DNA of 64,000 nucleotides, taken from NCBI RefSeq assembly GCF_964355755.1, contig NC_092671.1, positions 12,462,001-12,526,000 on the forward strand, given 5' to 3'. The notes below the pieces were generated by a model that saw only the letters and a program-made list of their open reading frames with translations, was not told where the DNA came from and made no database searches. The DNA is from Antedon mediterranea (taxonomy: Eukaryota; Animalia; Echinodermata). The position numbers were made by a program, and so were the translations under genes. How positions within the stretch are numbered: position 1 is the first letter of the stretch; each line of letters opens with the position of its first letter. This document shows positions 28,901 to 40,568 of the stretch, one piece after another.

Positions 28901-31751
28901 AACAAAGGTGAAATATTTGTTTTGGCACTACGGCGGACCCCTATTAAGGGGACACTTTAGTAGGCCCCAAAGGTGTTTCATTATGTTCACTAGATGGTAC
29001 GCTCGCTTCGCTCGCGTACCATCTAGGTCGTGCCCACAGATGGTTCTCGAATACATAATAATTTCAGCGTTAAAAAACTGGCGATTTCAAATGTACGTAC
29101 CGCAGGACATAATACATGTCGTTTACAGGAACGAATAAATAGACACTGTGATTTATGTACTGAACTAAAATTAGCACCCTGGGAATTACTTCCGAAAGAA
29201 AAACTTGTCACAAAATGAGACCAATTGTTTAAGTCAAATTTAAACAAACTTAATTTGTGTTTTGTATGTAACATTAGGGTTGAGGGATGGGAAAGAGGAT
29301 GGGTGCAAAGAGGAACAATTTTTAAATATATTCTTTATCCATGTAGTAACGAAATATTAATTGTTTTCATGTTTTACAAATAATATACCACTAAACACAG
29401 TAAAACATTGCGATGTAATACTTTGTTGAAACTATCACCGTCCTAGTCGATTGAAATAGTTAGTAGGCCTACATGTAACGATACATCACTACGACGTGTA
29501 TAATATGTTTATATAATGTAAAACAATTTGTGAAAACCACCCCTATTCGTGGCAAATCATAAATTCGATTTAATCGTCAATAAATATTAAATCATCTAAC
29601 TCAACTTAATTAGTAGGCCTAATGGTTTTCAATTGTTTCTTAATCTTAGAGCCAATTCATACTTAAGTTGGTTCCTAACCCTACCCACCAAAGTTGTTCT
29701 GCGTTTAGGGCATGTGATGCACCGTAGGCCTATCTACTCTACTGGCTTTACAACGCTACTCATGCCAGTGAGGGAAGGGTGATGATGTCACGTGGGTGGT
29801 TTAACTGCAATAATAAAGATTTGTACATAATATACGGTGACTGAAAACGCTAGCTCATTATCCGTTAAAAAAAATCTATATCCAACCTCTGCAGCACAGA
29901 TTTTTTTTAAAATGGATCGAATTTCTGTTATGAGTATACAGTACTTGCCTTTACGACGCCTGAGGGAATAGACACTTGTGGAACAGAGATTGGAATGTTC
30001 CATTCATTTCAAATCAATACATTTGCATAAACGTATATTAAATCTATCAAAATAGTATTTTTTTAAGAAAATCGGCCTGTCTTCAACATTATGATACTGT
30101 ACTCGAGCTGTTCAACCGGTTTTCAGCCATTAAAAACAATTATCGTAGGAGGAGATAGGAAAATGCGAAGCCTCCTCGCATTTTTGTGGCGGGTATTTTT
30201 CAAGATGGACATCCATTAGACAGTGTATACCACGATCGGAAAACACCCCTATTTGGGGCAAATCGTTGAACCTAAATTCGTTTTAATCGTCAATAACTAA
30301 TTATCTAAGGGCCTGTTTCTGCTGCAACTGCTCAAAATACGGTATAAAAATACGGTATAAAATACGGTATTTTTTATACCGTATTTTTTAGTACCCCGTT
30401 TCTGCTAACAATACTTCTTGGGTGGTCGTGTTAAATTTCATCTTTTTTACCCAAATTGCCATTCATTTATTTGGTCGATAATTAAAAGTCGCAATAAAGG
30501 AAGTTTTACGTCTCACTTTCAACAGCCTAGCCCTAGTGATAGAGATGTTGTGAGAGCACAGAAAACATCGTAATGGGGACAATTAATTCGTTCCCTCCCC
30601 GAGTTATTGTATTTTGCAATGTTGTACTGCTTTCGCAGGCTCTTCAGCTTTGAGTTTACTTGCTTTGGAGACAAGTCTATTCCATACTCCTGCTTTATTT
30701 TTTTAGAAATGTCTTTATAAATGTGGTTGTCCCTTTTATTAGTTGGCCAGACATTTTAGCTTCCCCACACACATTTATTTAGTAAAACTGTGACGTCTTC
30801 GCTCCACATTTTCGCCGAATATATCTATACACGTGTGAAAAAGCAGCTGACAGCGACAGAAAATAAAAACACAAATGTTGATTTTTTGTCATGTAAAAAA
30901 AAAATACGGTATTTTTTATTGGCAGCAGAAACAGGTACAAAAAATACGGTATAAATTTGTAAATACCGTATTTTATCCACAAATTTTGTGGGGAAAATAC
31001 GGTATACAAAATACGGTATATTTTTTATGAGCGCAGTTTCTGCTGCCAAAAATATACCGTATATATACGGTATTCAAAAAATACCGTATAATATACGGTA
31101 TTTAGTTGGCAGCAGAAACAGGGCCTAACTTAATTCAATTAGTAAACAGGGTTACATCAGGTGGTTAAAATCAGTACCGAAAGTACGAACCAACTTTATA
31201 TACCTCCGAGTAAAAATTCTAAAAGTAAGGCGCGATTTACCGAATTTTGCCCTTACGTAAATTTATATATAGATATTATAAAAAATAGGATACACAATTA
31301 TAAAGTTGTTTGTATTTCTTTTATTTAGTGAAAGAAATTCTGCAAAAGAGAGCATGGAACATCCATGGATAAAGACAGTAAGCAAGAACATGGCAATGCA
31401 ACCCACTTCAAATCAACTGGACACAACAAGACTAGCAGACTTCATCGCTAGAAGAAAAACTCAGGTAATACTTGCATGTACTGTTTTATTCATTATATTT
31501 TATGTAATGTGTATTTGCATGCAGTGGCAGATCTAGTATTTTGAAATAGGGTCTAAAAATGCTAAAATAGTGTGGTTGGTGTGGGTGGTGGCGTGGGGTC
31601 ATGTTGGGTAAATCCAAATCCAAGTGGTGATATATACTTCAAAATCAGCAATTTTATATTACATTGTATACATGCATTTTCACAGAATGATATACATCCT
31701 GTGGTACCAGTCTCATCACACTATCTGATAGGTAAAACTTCAACAGTCTGA
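7925..31751 (+). CDS. KALRN: Trio/Kalirin-family RhoGEF-kinase, 3' half (GEF2 DH-PH, SH3, Ig, FN3, Ser/Thr kinase); 5' part lies upstream of the window
   Basis: Phase-consistent GT-AG exons: 7925-8008, 8539-8712, 9319-9414, 12468-12604, 13047-13113, 14357-14463, 14588-14657, 15353-15532, 15651-15701, 16453-16530, 16812-16997, 17420-17594, 17992-18055, 18606-19428, 19853-20082, 25260-25383, 25548-25575, 25933-26217, 26359-26490, 26690-26948, 27066-27266, 27406-27544, 27894-28069, 28542-28568, 28682-28834, 31329-31464, 31686-31751(TGA). Family-diagnostic peptides: [92 protein letters not shown]. Ig+FN3 before the kinase is Kalirin-like; probably the single pro-orthologue of TRIO and KALRN. Confidence 0.95.
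9971..10166 (-). mobile_element. tRNA-derived SINE (5'-truncated) flanked by a 51-bp direct repeat
   Basis: - strand B-box GGGTTCAATTCCC followed by CACTCAGCTGTAAATGAGTACCTG central-domain-like motif; flanking repeats 9920-9970 and 10167-10217. Confidence 0.7.
11846..12080 (-). mobile_element. 5'-truncated CR1/L2-type LINE 3' end
   Basis: The - strand encodes [26 protein letters not shown] (typical post-RT C-terminus), followed by a 3'UTR and an (AGTA/AACAAGT)n tail; GCCTTT on both flanks. Confidence 0.75.
13047..17594 (+). CDS. Second DH-PH (RhoA-type GEF2) module of the Trio/Kalirin gene (spliced)
   Basis: Spliced translation [25 protein letters not shown]...[14 protein letters not shown]...[19 protein letters not shown]...GKLLFQDT...[16 protein letters not shown]...[12 protein letters not shown] matches Trio/Kalirin GEF2. 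Confidence 0.93.
13645..13960. mobile_element. Fold-back repeat with a ~160-bp near-perfect hairpin (non-autonomous DNA element)
   Basis: Arms ~13650-13727 and ~13734-13811 are reverse complements around the GAGGCAAAGCCGAG centre; ends in GTTATATAAT. Partial copies at ~13495-13570 and ~15095-15140. Confidence 0.7.
14852..14930. repeat. Short 28-bp tandem repeat
   Basis: TCATGAATATTCATACCATTTGTTTATA x ~3. Confidence 0.8.
15740..16132. repeat. Degenerate AT-rich ~30-bp tandem repeat
   Basis: Recurrent ATTAGTGCAATGAATATTCATTTAA units. Confidence 0.75.
16135..16345 (+). mobile_element. tRNA-derived SINE
   Basis: A-box-like TGTAGCTTGGT, B-box GGTTCAATCC with AGGTC variable arm, A-rich tail. Confidence 0.6.
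19853..20082 (+). CDS. SH3-domain exon of the Trio/Kalirin gene
   Basis: ag|ATTGAT..., [50 protein letters not shown]; not in the ORF track. Confidence 0.92.
21436..21555. repeat. Short ~20-bp tandem repeat
   Basis: TTCAAATTAACAACACTG(T/C) x ~6. Confidence 0.8.
25933..26948 (+). CDS. Ig-like and fibronectin-III exons of the Trio/Kalirin gene
   Basis: APEF...[19 protein letters not shown]...[14 protein letters not shown] (Ig I-set); [20 protein letters not shown]...[21 protein letters not shown] (FN3). Confidence 0.92.
26920..31464 (+). CDS. CAMK-group Ser/Thr kinase domain of the Trio/Kalirin gene (spliced, includes 27-nt microexon 28542-28568)
   Basis: [61 protein letters not shown]. Confidence 0.93.
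28990..31273 (-). mobile_element. Non-autonomous Helitron in a kinase-domain intron
   Basis: On the - strand: A|TCTATATATAAAT... start and ...CTAG|T end with terminal hairpin CTAGATGGTACGC-loop-GCGTACCATCTAG; inserted at A^T with no TSD. Confidence 0.8.
30309..31125. mobile_element. PIF/Harbinger-type MITE nested in the Helitron
   Basis: TIRs GGGCCTGTTTCTGCTGC / GCAGCAGAAACAGGGCC, TAA TSD (30306-30308, 31126-31128), many subterminal AATACGGTAT motifs. Confidence 0.85.
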
Positions 31752-31780
31752 ACACATTGAATCTGATTGGATCACCATTC

Positions 31781-32047
31781 TAACACTATGGAAGTAACAC
31801 TATGAAAGTAACACTATGAAGTAACACTATGGAGTAACACTTGGAAGTAACACTATGGAAGTAACACTATGGAAGTAACACTATGGAAGTAACACTATGA
31901 AAATAACACTATGGAAGTAACACTATGAAGTAACACTATGAAAATAACACTATGGAAATAACACTATGGAAGTAACACTATGGAAGTAACACTATAAAAA
32001 TAACACTATGGAAATAACACTATGGAAGTAACACTACTAAAGTAACA
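31781..32047 (+). repeat. 14-bp minisatellite (GAAGTAACACTATG)n in the proximal 3'UTR of the Trio/Kalirin gene
   Basis: About 19 head-to-tail copies starting 30 bp after the stop codon. Confidence 0.92.
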
Positions 32048-34546
32048 TATTCAATACAAGAATGTATTTTAAGTGATATTTGATTTTAAAAGATGCAGAC
32101 AAATTGTTTCTGATAATTCTTTAGTTTAATAACATGACTCAACTTCAAAACCTGGTTTGTCAACTCGTGATAGACTCATCAAATAGTGATGTTTGGTAAT
32201 CAGAATCAGAATAGATATTGTATTATTTTAATTGTAAATTGCATTTTGTAACTTATTGGGTCAGATACAGTACTCAACTTCTAATTATAGCACCTTGGTT
32301 AATATCTTCATATTAAATTATATCATTTTATCTATTGATGAATCAAAAAGATTGATTCCCTGTTTTAACCAAGTTATAAGTAAGATTCATGTAATTTTGG
32401 GGTTAATTTGTTCGGATAATTATGAAAACTAATACACATAATAATGATGGTCTACAAATTGTTTATTTTGGTTTTCGAAATATTATTTATTTCCAACTAG
32501 CTACAATACAAAAGACAATAGTCATTAAAAATAATTGTCAAAATTTGTTTTTCAAGTCATATTGGGATTAAACCTTGAATTGTCATTTTGTTATTGTTAA
32601 GTCGCTACAATTTGTTGTACATTCCGTATGTGTATAGACTTACCTACAAACTTTACTCTTAATACATACTAATTGTAATTTAGGTGTAGTACATCACAAT
32701 GAAGGTGCTATTGTAACTTTTTAAAAATTCAATATCGTGATAAATGGGAAACAAAATGCTGGTACTCTGTTTAAGTTTAATTTTAGTAGTAAATAGGCCT
32801 ACTGTATTTATCTATGCCATCAAGGAGGTTGAATGACATTTCTAACATTATTATTATTGTTTCTAATGATAATATGTTGAAATATTGAATTCCCATTTTG
32901 ACTTTTTTGGATTATACTTCTTTAACTTTAGATCTAAATAATCAGTATGCCTTATGGTAGTAGTAGTATTGTAATATTGGTTTATTTTAAATTTAATGTT
33001 TTGTTGAATCATCTCATGGACGGCTTAGAAATAGCCACATTTTCCTGTAAATAGTTTTATACATATTTCTTATTTGTGTGAATGAGATTGCAGTGTTTGT
33101 GAATTTTGTTAAAAAGCAATTGTACAAATTGTAAAATAAGGACAAATATATGTAGAAACATCAGTTGTAAAAATTGTGTCTTGGTTGATTCTTCACATTT
33201 TAAATTTATATTATTTTTATTTAACAATAGTTTTGTTGATAAAATTACTCCAGTTATAATCAAATATTTATGAATATTCATGAAGAGTTATTGCATAAAC
33301 TAATTAAGTCAATTTTGAACTAAGTAGTACCAAATGTGACTCATTTTGATATTAATTTACACTAGTATTCAATGGGATTTTGAATTAAATAATATAAATT
33401 TTACTATCTTAATATTTATATTCACTGCAATGAAATGATAGCTAGGTAAATTTATATTTTTTAAGAACACAAAACCCTAGGATAAACGCGTCCCTCATGA
33501 CATGAAGGCAACATGGTTAGGGGCTGCTATGGATATCCTAGAGATAATAATATTTTAATATTTAAGTCTTCTCTCCTTTGAAACGGATGAACACTCGCGT
33601 AACGAGAGGTTCGACCTATACAAAATGTTTACAAAATTAATTAAAAAGTTACATTATATTGGTCTAGATACAAAAATGTCCATGATTGCCAAAAAACAAG
33701 TGATATAAATTCTACGGCATACAAATTAAGAATTACATTCATATTAAATGGTGGAAATGTTTTTCAATGTTTCCGACCTATTTTTAATTAAAAATGATTT
33801 ACCATTAATAATTAATATAGTCAAAAATTGAGCAAATTGGTATAAATCATGTTATTGTTATCTAGTAGAAAGTGGTGTTTAAATCATGCTGAACCTTTTA
33901 ATAAAAAAATGTCATTAGTATTCATTAAGTGTACATAAGTCTCCTTTAAATTGATTTAAACAAGTATTTCTTTGGGAGATTTCACAATCAAATATATTGG
34001 ATCATGGAGGTATAACATTAGACTCTATGATTGGATACTGCTATGGAGAATTACGCCAATCACTTTTGTATTGTATTGTAGGGTTCCTGTGGGTAAACAT
34101 AAATCGAAATAGGCCAAAACAAAATGGTATTTCCAGCTGTTTGAACGGAACCAACGTATTTCTCATTCGGGAAACTTTTTTTTTCAGATTATTATAATAA
34201 GTTTTTTGCAATATACATATTTGTTTAAGAGAAGTCTGGAACTAAATGGTGCACGTTTTAAATTTAGTGTACATTAAAGAAAGTTTTCAACTGTTATAAT
34301 TATTATTATTATATTCGTAATGATGTTACAGACATTATCTTTGGTTAGTATTATCTACAATCTCACAATTTACAAATTTACAAATGCATATCGTAAAATT
34401 CAATTATGCAACCTTTATAAAAATATAACGAACCCATATCTAACTTGTTGAATTTCACAATTTCCTATCAAGTTTATTAAACCACATTACACAATTGAAT
34501 TTATTCATAATCATTTCGAAACTAGTATAAATAAAAATAGGAATAC

Positions 34547-37139
34547 CAGGGAAGAGTTAAATTACATGGAAAACTCACGGACCTTACATCAAACGTTACA
34601 ACGCGCGGCACCGCCGATTCGATTACATAATCAACGGATGTTCGCTCAAGACGAAGTAATTGCTTTGCGCATGCCCAGAAGCGATTGTTTTCCGGTCGGT
34701 GACCGCATGCAACAACACACTACTGATGACGTCTTCGTCGAACCGCCCCCCTTGGTAACCTGACGCATTAAACTTTTTCGATATATATCGCGACGTAGTC
34801 GTCCAATTTGTATTTTCCGTTTTTAGAAAATTTCCGTACGCACATTTCAAGTATATGTAATAGGCTAGGCCTACTTGCTACACCAGGTCCTACTTCAATC
34901 TAGGGCTAGTAGGCCTAGGCCCAAGCTAGTAAGAATGTAATTGGCACTCCTAGCTAGGCTGGCCCTAGTAGGCTAGCCTAGTTACTTTATTTAGCCTAAA
35001 ATAGGCCCTACTCAACTACTACTAGGCTAGGCGCGCGGCCTACAATCTTCTCTTCTGGCTAGCTACCTAGGCCTATTTCGAATTGATATGCTTACCAAAC
35101 TAAGTTAGCCTGATCCTGTTTTAACAATAAGAGTGTATTTGTAGGCCATTAAAAGTATCTCCTGTGCGCGCCAGTTGCATGTACCGGTAGCCTACCTAGG
35201 TCTAGGGCCAGGCCCAGAGTTCTTCCCTGCCTGAAAATAATTCTGCATTGTATTATTATCAGTTTTACATAATAAAAATTAAGAGATCCAAATTAATAAA
35301 ACATATTTCTTATTTTTTTAGGATCATTGTGTGAATACTATAGTATAATAACAATAAATACAAGTGAAATGGATGTTGGTGAGGCCATGGAGCTTTTAGA
35401 GATAATTGATGTGTTCGATAATGAGTGGACAGATTATGATTTTATGTGAACTGTATTGTGCTGGGAGGTCAAAAGTATAGAAGAAACTAATTCTTTCCTA
35501 TAGACTACACCAATGACTGGTTGAAGTGACGTTCAAGGGGGAGGGGGTGCTTTTCACATAAAAGATGATGTGTATTAATTTGTTTTTTAGAAACTTAGAT
35601 TTAGAAATGGAGAGGTTTTTGTCGCTAAAGGGAATGTGTAATTCCAATATCAAACAGAGTATTATTATCACACACTGGTGTAACTTAACAAATAATAAAA
35701 TAAAAGCAAAAGACAAAAAAAGTTTAAGGTTGGAGTTGTAAATTTATTTTGTATAAAAATCAGTACTGTATAATCATGTCAATAAAGGTATATTTCAAAG
35801 TATGTATTCATCAAATTATGTGTTTTGTTTTTAGTCAAACCAACATACAATTTAGAATATACTTTATTTACAAAACAATTTTTTATTGAAATTGTTACAT
35901 GATGTCATAATGTTTATCAATACCAGAGTAAAAAAAGAGATTCTTCGTAAGTACTGAAATATATTTTGTTCCCTGACATTCTTTATCTGCTTCAAATGGC
36001 TGAATCAACAGATTTACAAAACAAGTATCAATTTAAAATAACTAATAAGTTATGACTGTCAGATTTTCCCATCTCCCAAGGCAACTCCTTTCTATACTGA
36101 AATAGTTTTCTATTCTAGAGCATCCTGGTTGTTTTTCTCACGGAAAAAGTACACAATCCGTCTTGTACCATCAGGCTTCTTCTGTGAAAGGAATATCTTG
36201 GCCATGTCAACAAATGAAGAAACTGTGGATGAAAAAAAGGAAACATTATTATATACAGTATTCAAATAACAAAATTCAGAAACCAATACCTTCTGTAGGC
36301 AGCATCTTGGGTACCATTGCGATGAATTGCACTTGGATGAAGAGAGGAAGGCCTAGCTTATTTTAGCTAGCCTAGCCCTAGCTAGCTAGGTAAACCTACT
36401 CTACTAGAAGTTTGTTTTAATTAGGGGCCTAGTTCTAGAACTTTCATTTTATGTTAGCCTGGTATTTTTGACTTATTTAACAATTGAAAAACTAAAACAG
36501 GTTGCCTGACAGAATAGCAATAGGTGGCCGATAGGCCTAGCAACAGCGTCTATCTGGAATAGCATGTGGGCGGAGCTTACCAGCATCTCGCCGCCGAAAC
36601 TGAGTAAAGGTGGTTCAGAAATCTTTTATTTTTGGTATTTGGTCGGAATTGGTCGCAAATAAAAACGGGACCACAATATATATAGATGTTATTGGTTTCA
36701 CATATCTGAGCTAGACATTAGGCAATTTTAGGCATATGTCTCTAAATGCTGATATAAAAGACGATACATTTCGTAAAAGGCCATTGCATACTTACCGAAA
36801 ATCCACCTAAAAAGCGTGTTTCTTTGTGAAAATATACATTTTAAAAAATGGAAACGCTTGTGTAACGTGTGCAAAATAGTCTCAAATCAGTCGTTAAGTG
36901 TTAAACCACTTATTTTATTTTAAAAAACCAAAAAGGATTTCTGAAAAAAAACGACTGGTAACAAGTCTAATGCCAATCTACACGTTGGTGGCAGCATATT
37001 CAGTAATTGGCGGTGCCGCGCGTATGGGACCAAAGGGGAAGTTAGTTTATTCATAAAACAATAGAGAACAATAGCGATTTAATTGCATTAACACGCCTCA
37101 ACGGCTCGTGAGTTTTCCATGTAATTTAACTCTTCCCTG
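34547..37139 (-). mobile_element. Non-autonomous P-superfamily DNA transposon (~2.6 kb)
   Basis: Perfect 33-bp TIRs CAGGGAAGAGTTAAATTACATGGAAAACTCACG (34547-34579 / 37107-37139). 7-bp TSD GGAATAC (34540-34546 / 37140-37146). 15-bp internal inverted repeats (34601-34615 / 37009-37023). Decayed transposase motif on the - strand. Confidence 0.9.
36050..36352 (-). pseudogene. Frameshifted P-element/THAP9-type transposase fragment (spliced)
   Basis: VSSFVDMAKIFLSQ...YFFREKNNQDALE, then after a 5-bp TAGAA duplication ENYFSIERSCLGRWENLTV. This matches the P-transposase QDxLENxFxxxRxxGxxxNPT motif. Confidence 0.75.
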
Positions 37140-37255
37140 GGAATACCCTCTTTGAGGAAATGGACGAACCCATTTGCTATGGCTTTTCTTAAATCTTAAT
37201 AATAGGCCTACAGTAAATACATTCGATAGTCAAATTCGGTTGTTATTTCACCAAG

Positions 37256-38819
37256 ATGGGATCGTCGAAGTATCTAGGATTATTGATCATTTTTACCAGT
37301 GTTTTTTGTATTGATAGCTTTAGCTGGAGCCACTGTAATGGTATGCATATTTCATTTTTTGTTTGTATTTTAAAGTTAGACCCGATTCAACATTTTAAAT
37401 AGTGAAGGGGTGAAATGTGTTCCACTTCGAGTCCTTTAAAAATATAATTTATTATATTGCAACATTTTAAAATTAGTTAATACATAAATAACTTTTCATT
37501 ATTATGTTCTGTGTCCTGTATAGAACATTTTTGCTACAGTATGTAATTTACCATTTATCAAGTACCGTCAAAAGTAAAATTTGGATAAAATAAAAATAAA
37601 TTCGGTGAGAAGTTGATTATGATTATATTTCCGTTCGTATAAAAATTACGAATAATGTATTTTAATAGGCCGCTAATAAAGATTTGACCAACATCACTTG
37701 GTCGCCCTCTCCTTTCATATTTCATAAACCATGTAGCCTACATATTTGCAATTATGTCTTATCCATTATATCCATTTTTTTTTGTAGAACAAAACCTATT
37801 AATTATTGAAACAATGAGCCTAAAATCGTCATTACAAACGCACAATGTTACTACAATGCGAGCTGTGAATCGTGTTTCTGCAACTTGGTACTCTACCATG
37901 CTCTAATTTTACTCCAAACAACTTGCGCGCAAATACGATCGAAAACAGAAATTTTATATTAAAAATTCATATTTTTCATCGTCACTTTAGGCTACACATG
38001 GAGTAAAAAATCCCTCCATGCTTTACCATGTATCAGGGTATTGTTGTGTGTTATCGGTGTGAAATTTGAGTTGTAAGCTAATCATGCCGTATAATTAACT
38101 TTGGTTGAATTAATGTGATGAACAGTTGTTTATTTATCGGATTCAGCCTGAAAACCATGAAAACGAAAGAGGAAACAATCCTAGATTTGCTTTAGAGTAT
38201 GGAGTAAAGAATAGAGCCTACTCCATGTTTAGAGCCCAACGTCAACATAAAATAATACATTTTCAGTAGGCCTGGATTTGAGAATATGATTACGTTTCCG
38301 TTCGTCCCAGGCCGGATGGGCATAACAGAATACAATAACAATTTATTTGCCAAAAAATACAATTCAGTGGTGCATCAATTGCATATCAAACTAGTAAAAC
38401 AAACAGCGTAATTTGCATTTACATCACAACTATTAGAGGAATCAACAATTAAAAAATCGAAAACAAATTTCAACAAAATACAAATACAATCAAATAACTC
38501 GCCCTCCCTTTAAAAATAATCTTCATATTCAATTTAACAGGACATTCACGTGGTGGTGCTCAGCGAAAGGTCATTTTCAAACATCTACAAATGTCGCCTG
38601 ATCCTATAGTTTTGCCCGGGACAATTCGTATAGATTTCGAGGCTGAAGTATCTGGCGATATCGAGTCACCTATGTCACTGGAAGTCAAAATTTGGAAGTT
38701 TGTCAAATTGTTCTGGTCCACATCTAGGATCCGGATTTATGGCTGTTGGTAAGTGGTTGGGTTACTTTATATTTAAGTGATTTGTGTTATGGTTGTATTT
38801 TTTTAAATGAATAAAAAAA

Positions 38820-38850
<31 letters not shown>

Positions 38851-39942
38851 AAAGTGGTTGGGTTGTTTTTTTTATCGATTTATTCATCGATTTTATGTAT
38901 TCATCCAAACGTCTGTTTTTCGTTTTTTAGCATTTTGGGCTTGCTTTTACTTATTATTGTTTTCTTAGGCAGCCAATGGAAGAGTGAACTTAATTAATTT
39001 AAATTTATTTCATTCTTCTCTGGGCAGCCATACCACCTGGTGACTATATAAACTATATGCCTAACTCTACATATGAGCTAAAATTAAATAAAAGTGAATT
39101 TCCCCTACGAAAAGATTCGTTAGAATCGCTCTAGTAATGCACAAATAACTCTCTCTGTATGTTAATTTAATTTCGTATATTAAATTTTATCTTTTAGTTC
39201 TTATAATGACATTTGCAAAAGCGTGGGTGCTGGGACTACTTGTTCGGATGAATTTCTGGTAAACTGCAATGACTGCACTTGCCCTCCGACCGCTGGACTG
39301 TACAATACAAGCAGAAGTTCTGTTTCAATGACTGTCAATACACTTCCATTTTATATGTCATTTCTTGCTAGTGTAAGTATTTAATATTTATTTATTTATC
39401 TATTCTCAATTGATTAATTGGAATTAGGTCCTCCGTGTACCCACCAAAGCCACGACTGAAACAGAGAATGACCTATACCTTCAACTCTTCTGAAATATGC
39501 ACTGGGTATTTTTAAAAGTGCACACGAGCCATATGAGAAGTAAGACGAAAGTGTGTGAAAGATAATTATGTGCTCGATGTATGTCCCTTTAGAACATGTG
39601 TAATGTTATATTTATCTATATAGGCCAACTTTTTGCTTTCTTTGATTTTAGGGAAAGTTTGAAACTCACCTCATCTTGAAGGATGGAAACGGTAATGTAT
39701 TAGACTGCCTAGATTTACTCCTTCAAATCCAAACTGTATCGAATGATAAAAAAGAAGTACCTCATAAACCTAAAGAAACTTTAAACGAGAAAAAGGAGCA
39801 AACTTATAAACCAGTGATGCCTAATTACTGTTACCCCGAGGAGAAAAACACAGAAGAGATAAGCATGATTATGCCGATAACCGACAACTCAGAAGATGCG
39901 TTTATAACTGTCGTAACAGACACAACAACAGGAACTAACTAA
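37256..39942 (+). CDS. GM2 ganglioside activator-like / ML lipid-binding protein, copy 1 (~252 aa, with C-terminal extension)
   Basis: Exons 37256-37340, 38541-38748, 39198-39372, 39652-39942(TAA). Signal peptide, then SFSWSHC, SPDPIVLPG, CSYNDIC, CTCPP.AG.Y, GKFETHLILKDGNGNVLDC: the GM2A cysteine and motif pattern. Confidence 0.85.
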
Positions 39943-40568
39943 CATAGAATCATTTTCTTATAGAATTTGTTGTTTCTTGACAAGAATAATTATAGTGTAG
40001 GCCTCCTACGCGTGAGGCCTTTCCCATTATGCGTGCAGCGGTATAGCCTCCTCTCATCCGATGGATTATACTTAGATTTTGGCGAGTACAAACATGCATG
40101 TTATCCTCATTAACTAAATCTCGACCTTTGTAATAGGCGATAACCAATTTTCTGGAAAAATTTTATTTTAGTGTATAAGTTACTACGGTACTTTCTTCTC
40201 TGTCCCATTTAAAGTTCGTATTGAAGATTCCGATTTTTATTAAGAACTGTAATATAAATGAATTCATTGTACGTGGTATAACCTCAATATTTTCTTTCTA
40301 TTATGATATATTGTGATAAAATAATAAAAATAAAAAGATAATTTTGCAAGCGTTTTGTTATTTTTCACGACAGGTTATTTAAAGTTATGTAATTATAAAT
40401 TCCAACTTATCAGTACACGTCTTAACATTATACCTATTTTCAAATGGAACAGTCTGTTGTTCATCTTTGGTGGACTGGTAGGTATTTCTTTACTGAAATT
40501 CATCAAACTTAGTTGGGACCGTCACAGTTGTACTGCTTTACTTGAAAACGTTCAACACCTTGTTATCA

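Noticed and set aside
31781-32047. Regular repeat array resembling CRISPR
   Set aside because: Head-to-tail 14-mers with no unique spacers, in a eukaryotic 3'UTR with no cas genes.
34566-34850. Possible THAP domain (MPRSDC...CNN...KFP...HF) at the left end of the P element
   Set aside because: Motif pieces lie in different frames and on the strand opposite the transposase remnant; not supportable.
37997-38020. Further CATGGAG..CTCCATG palindrome
   Set aside because: Flanks (GGCTACA / CTTTACC) do not form a TSD, so it is not counted as a footprint.
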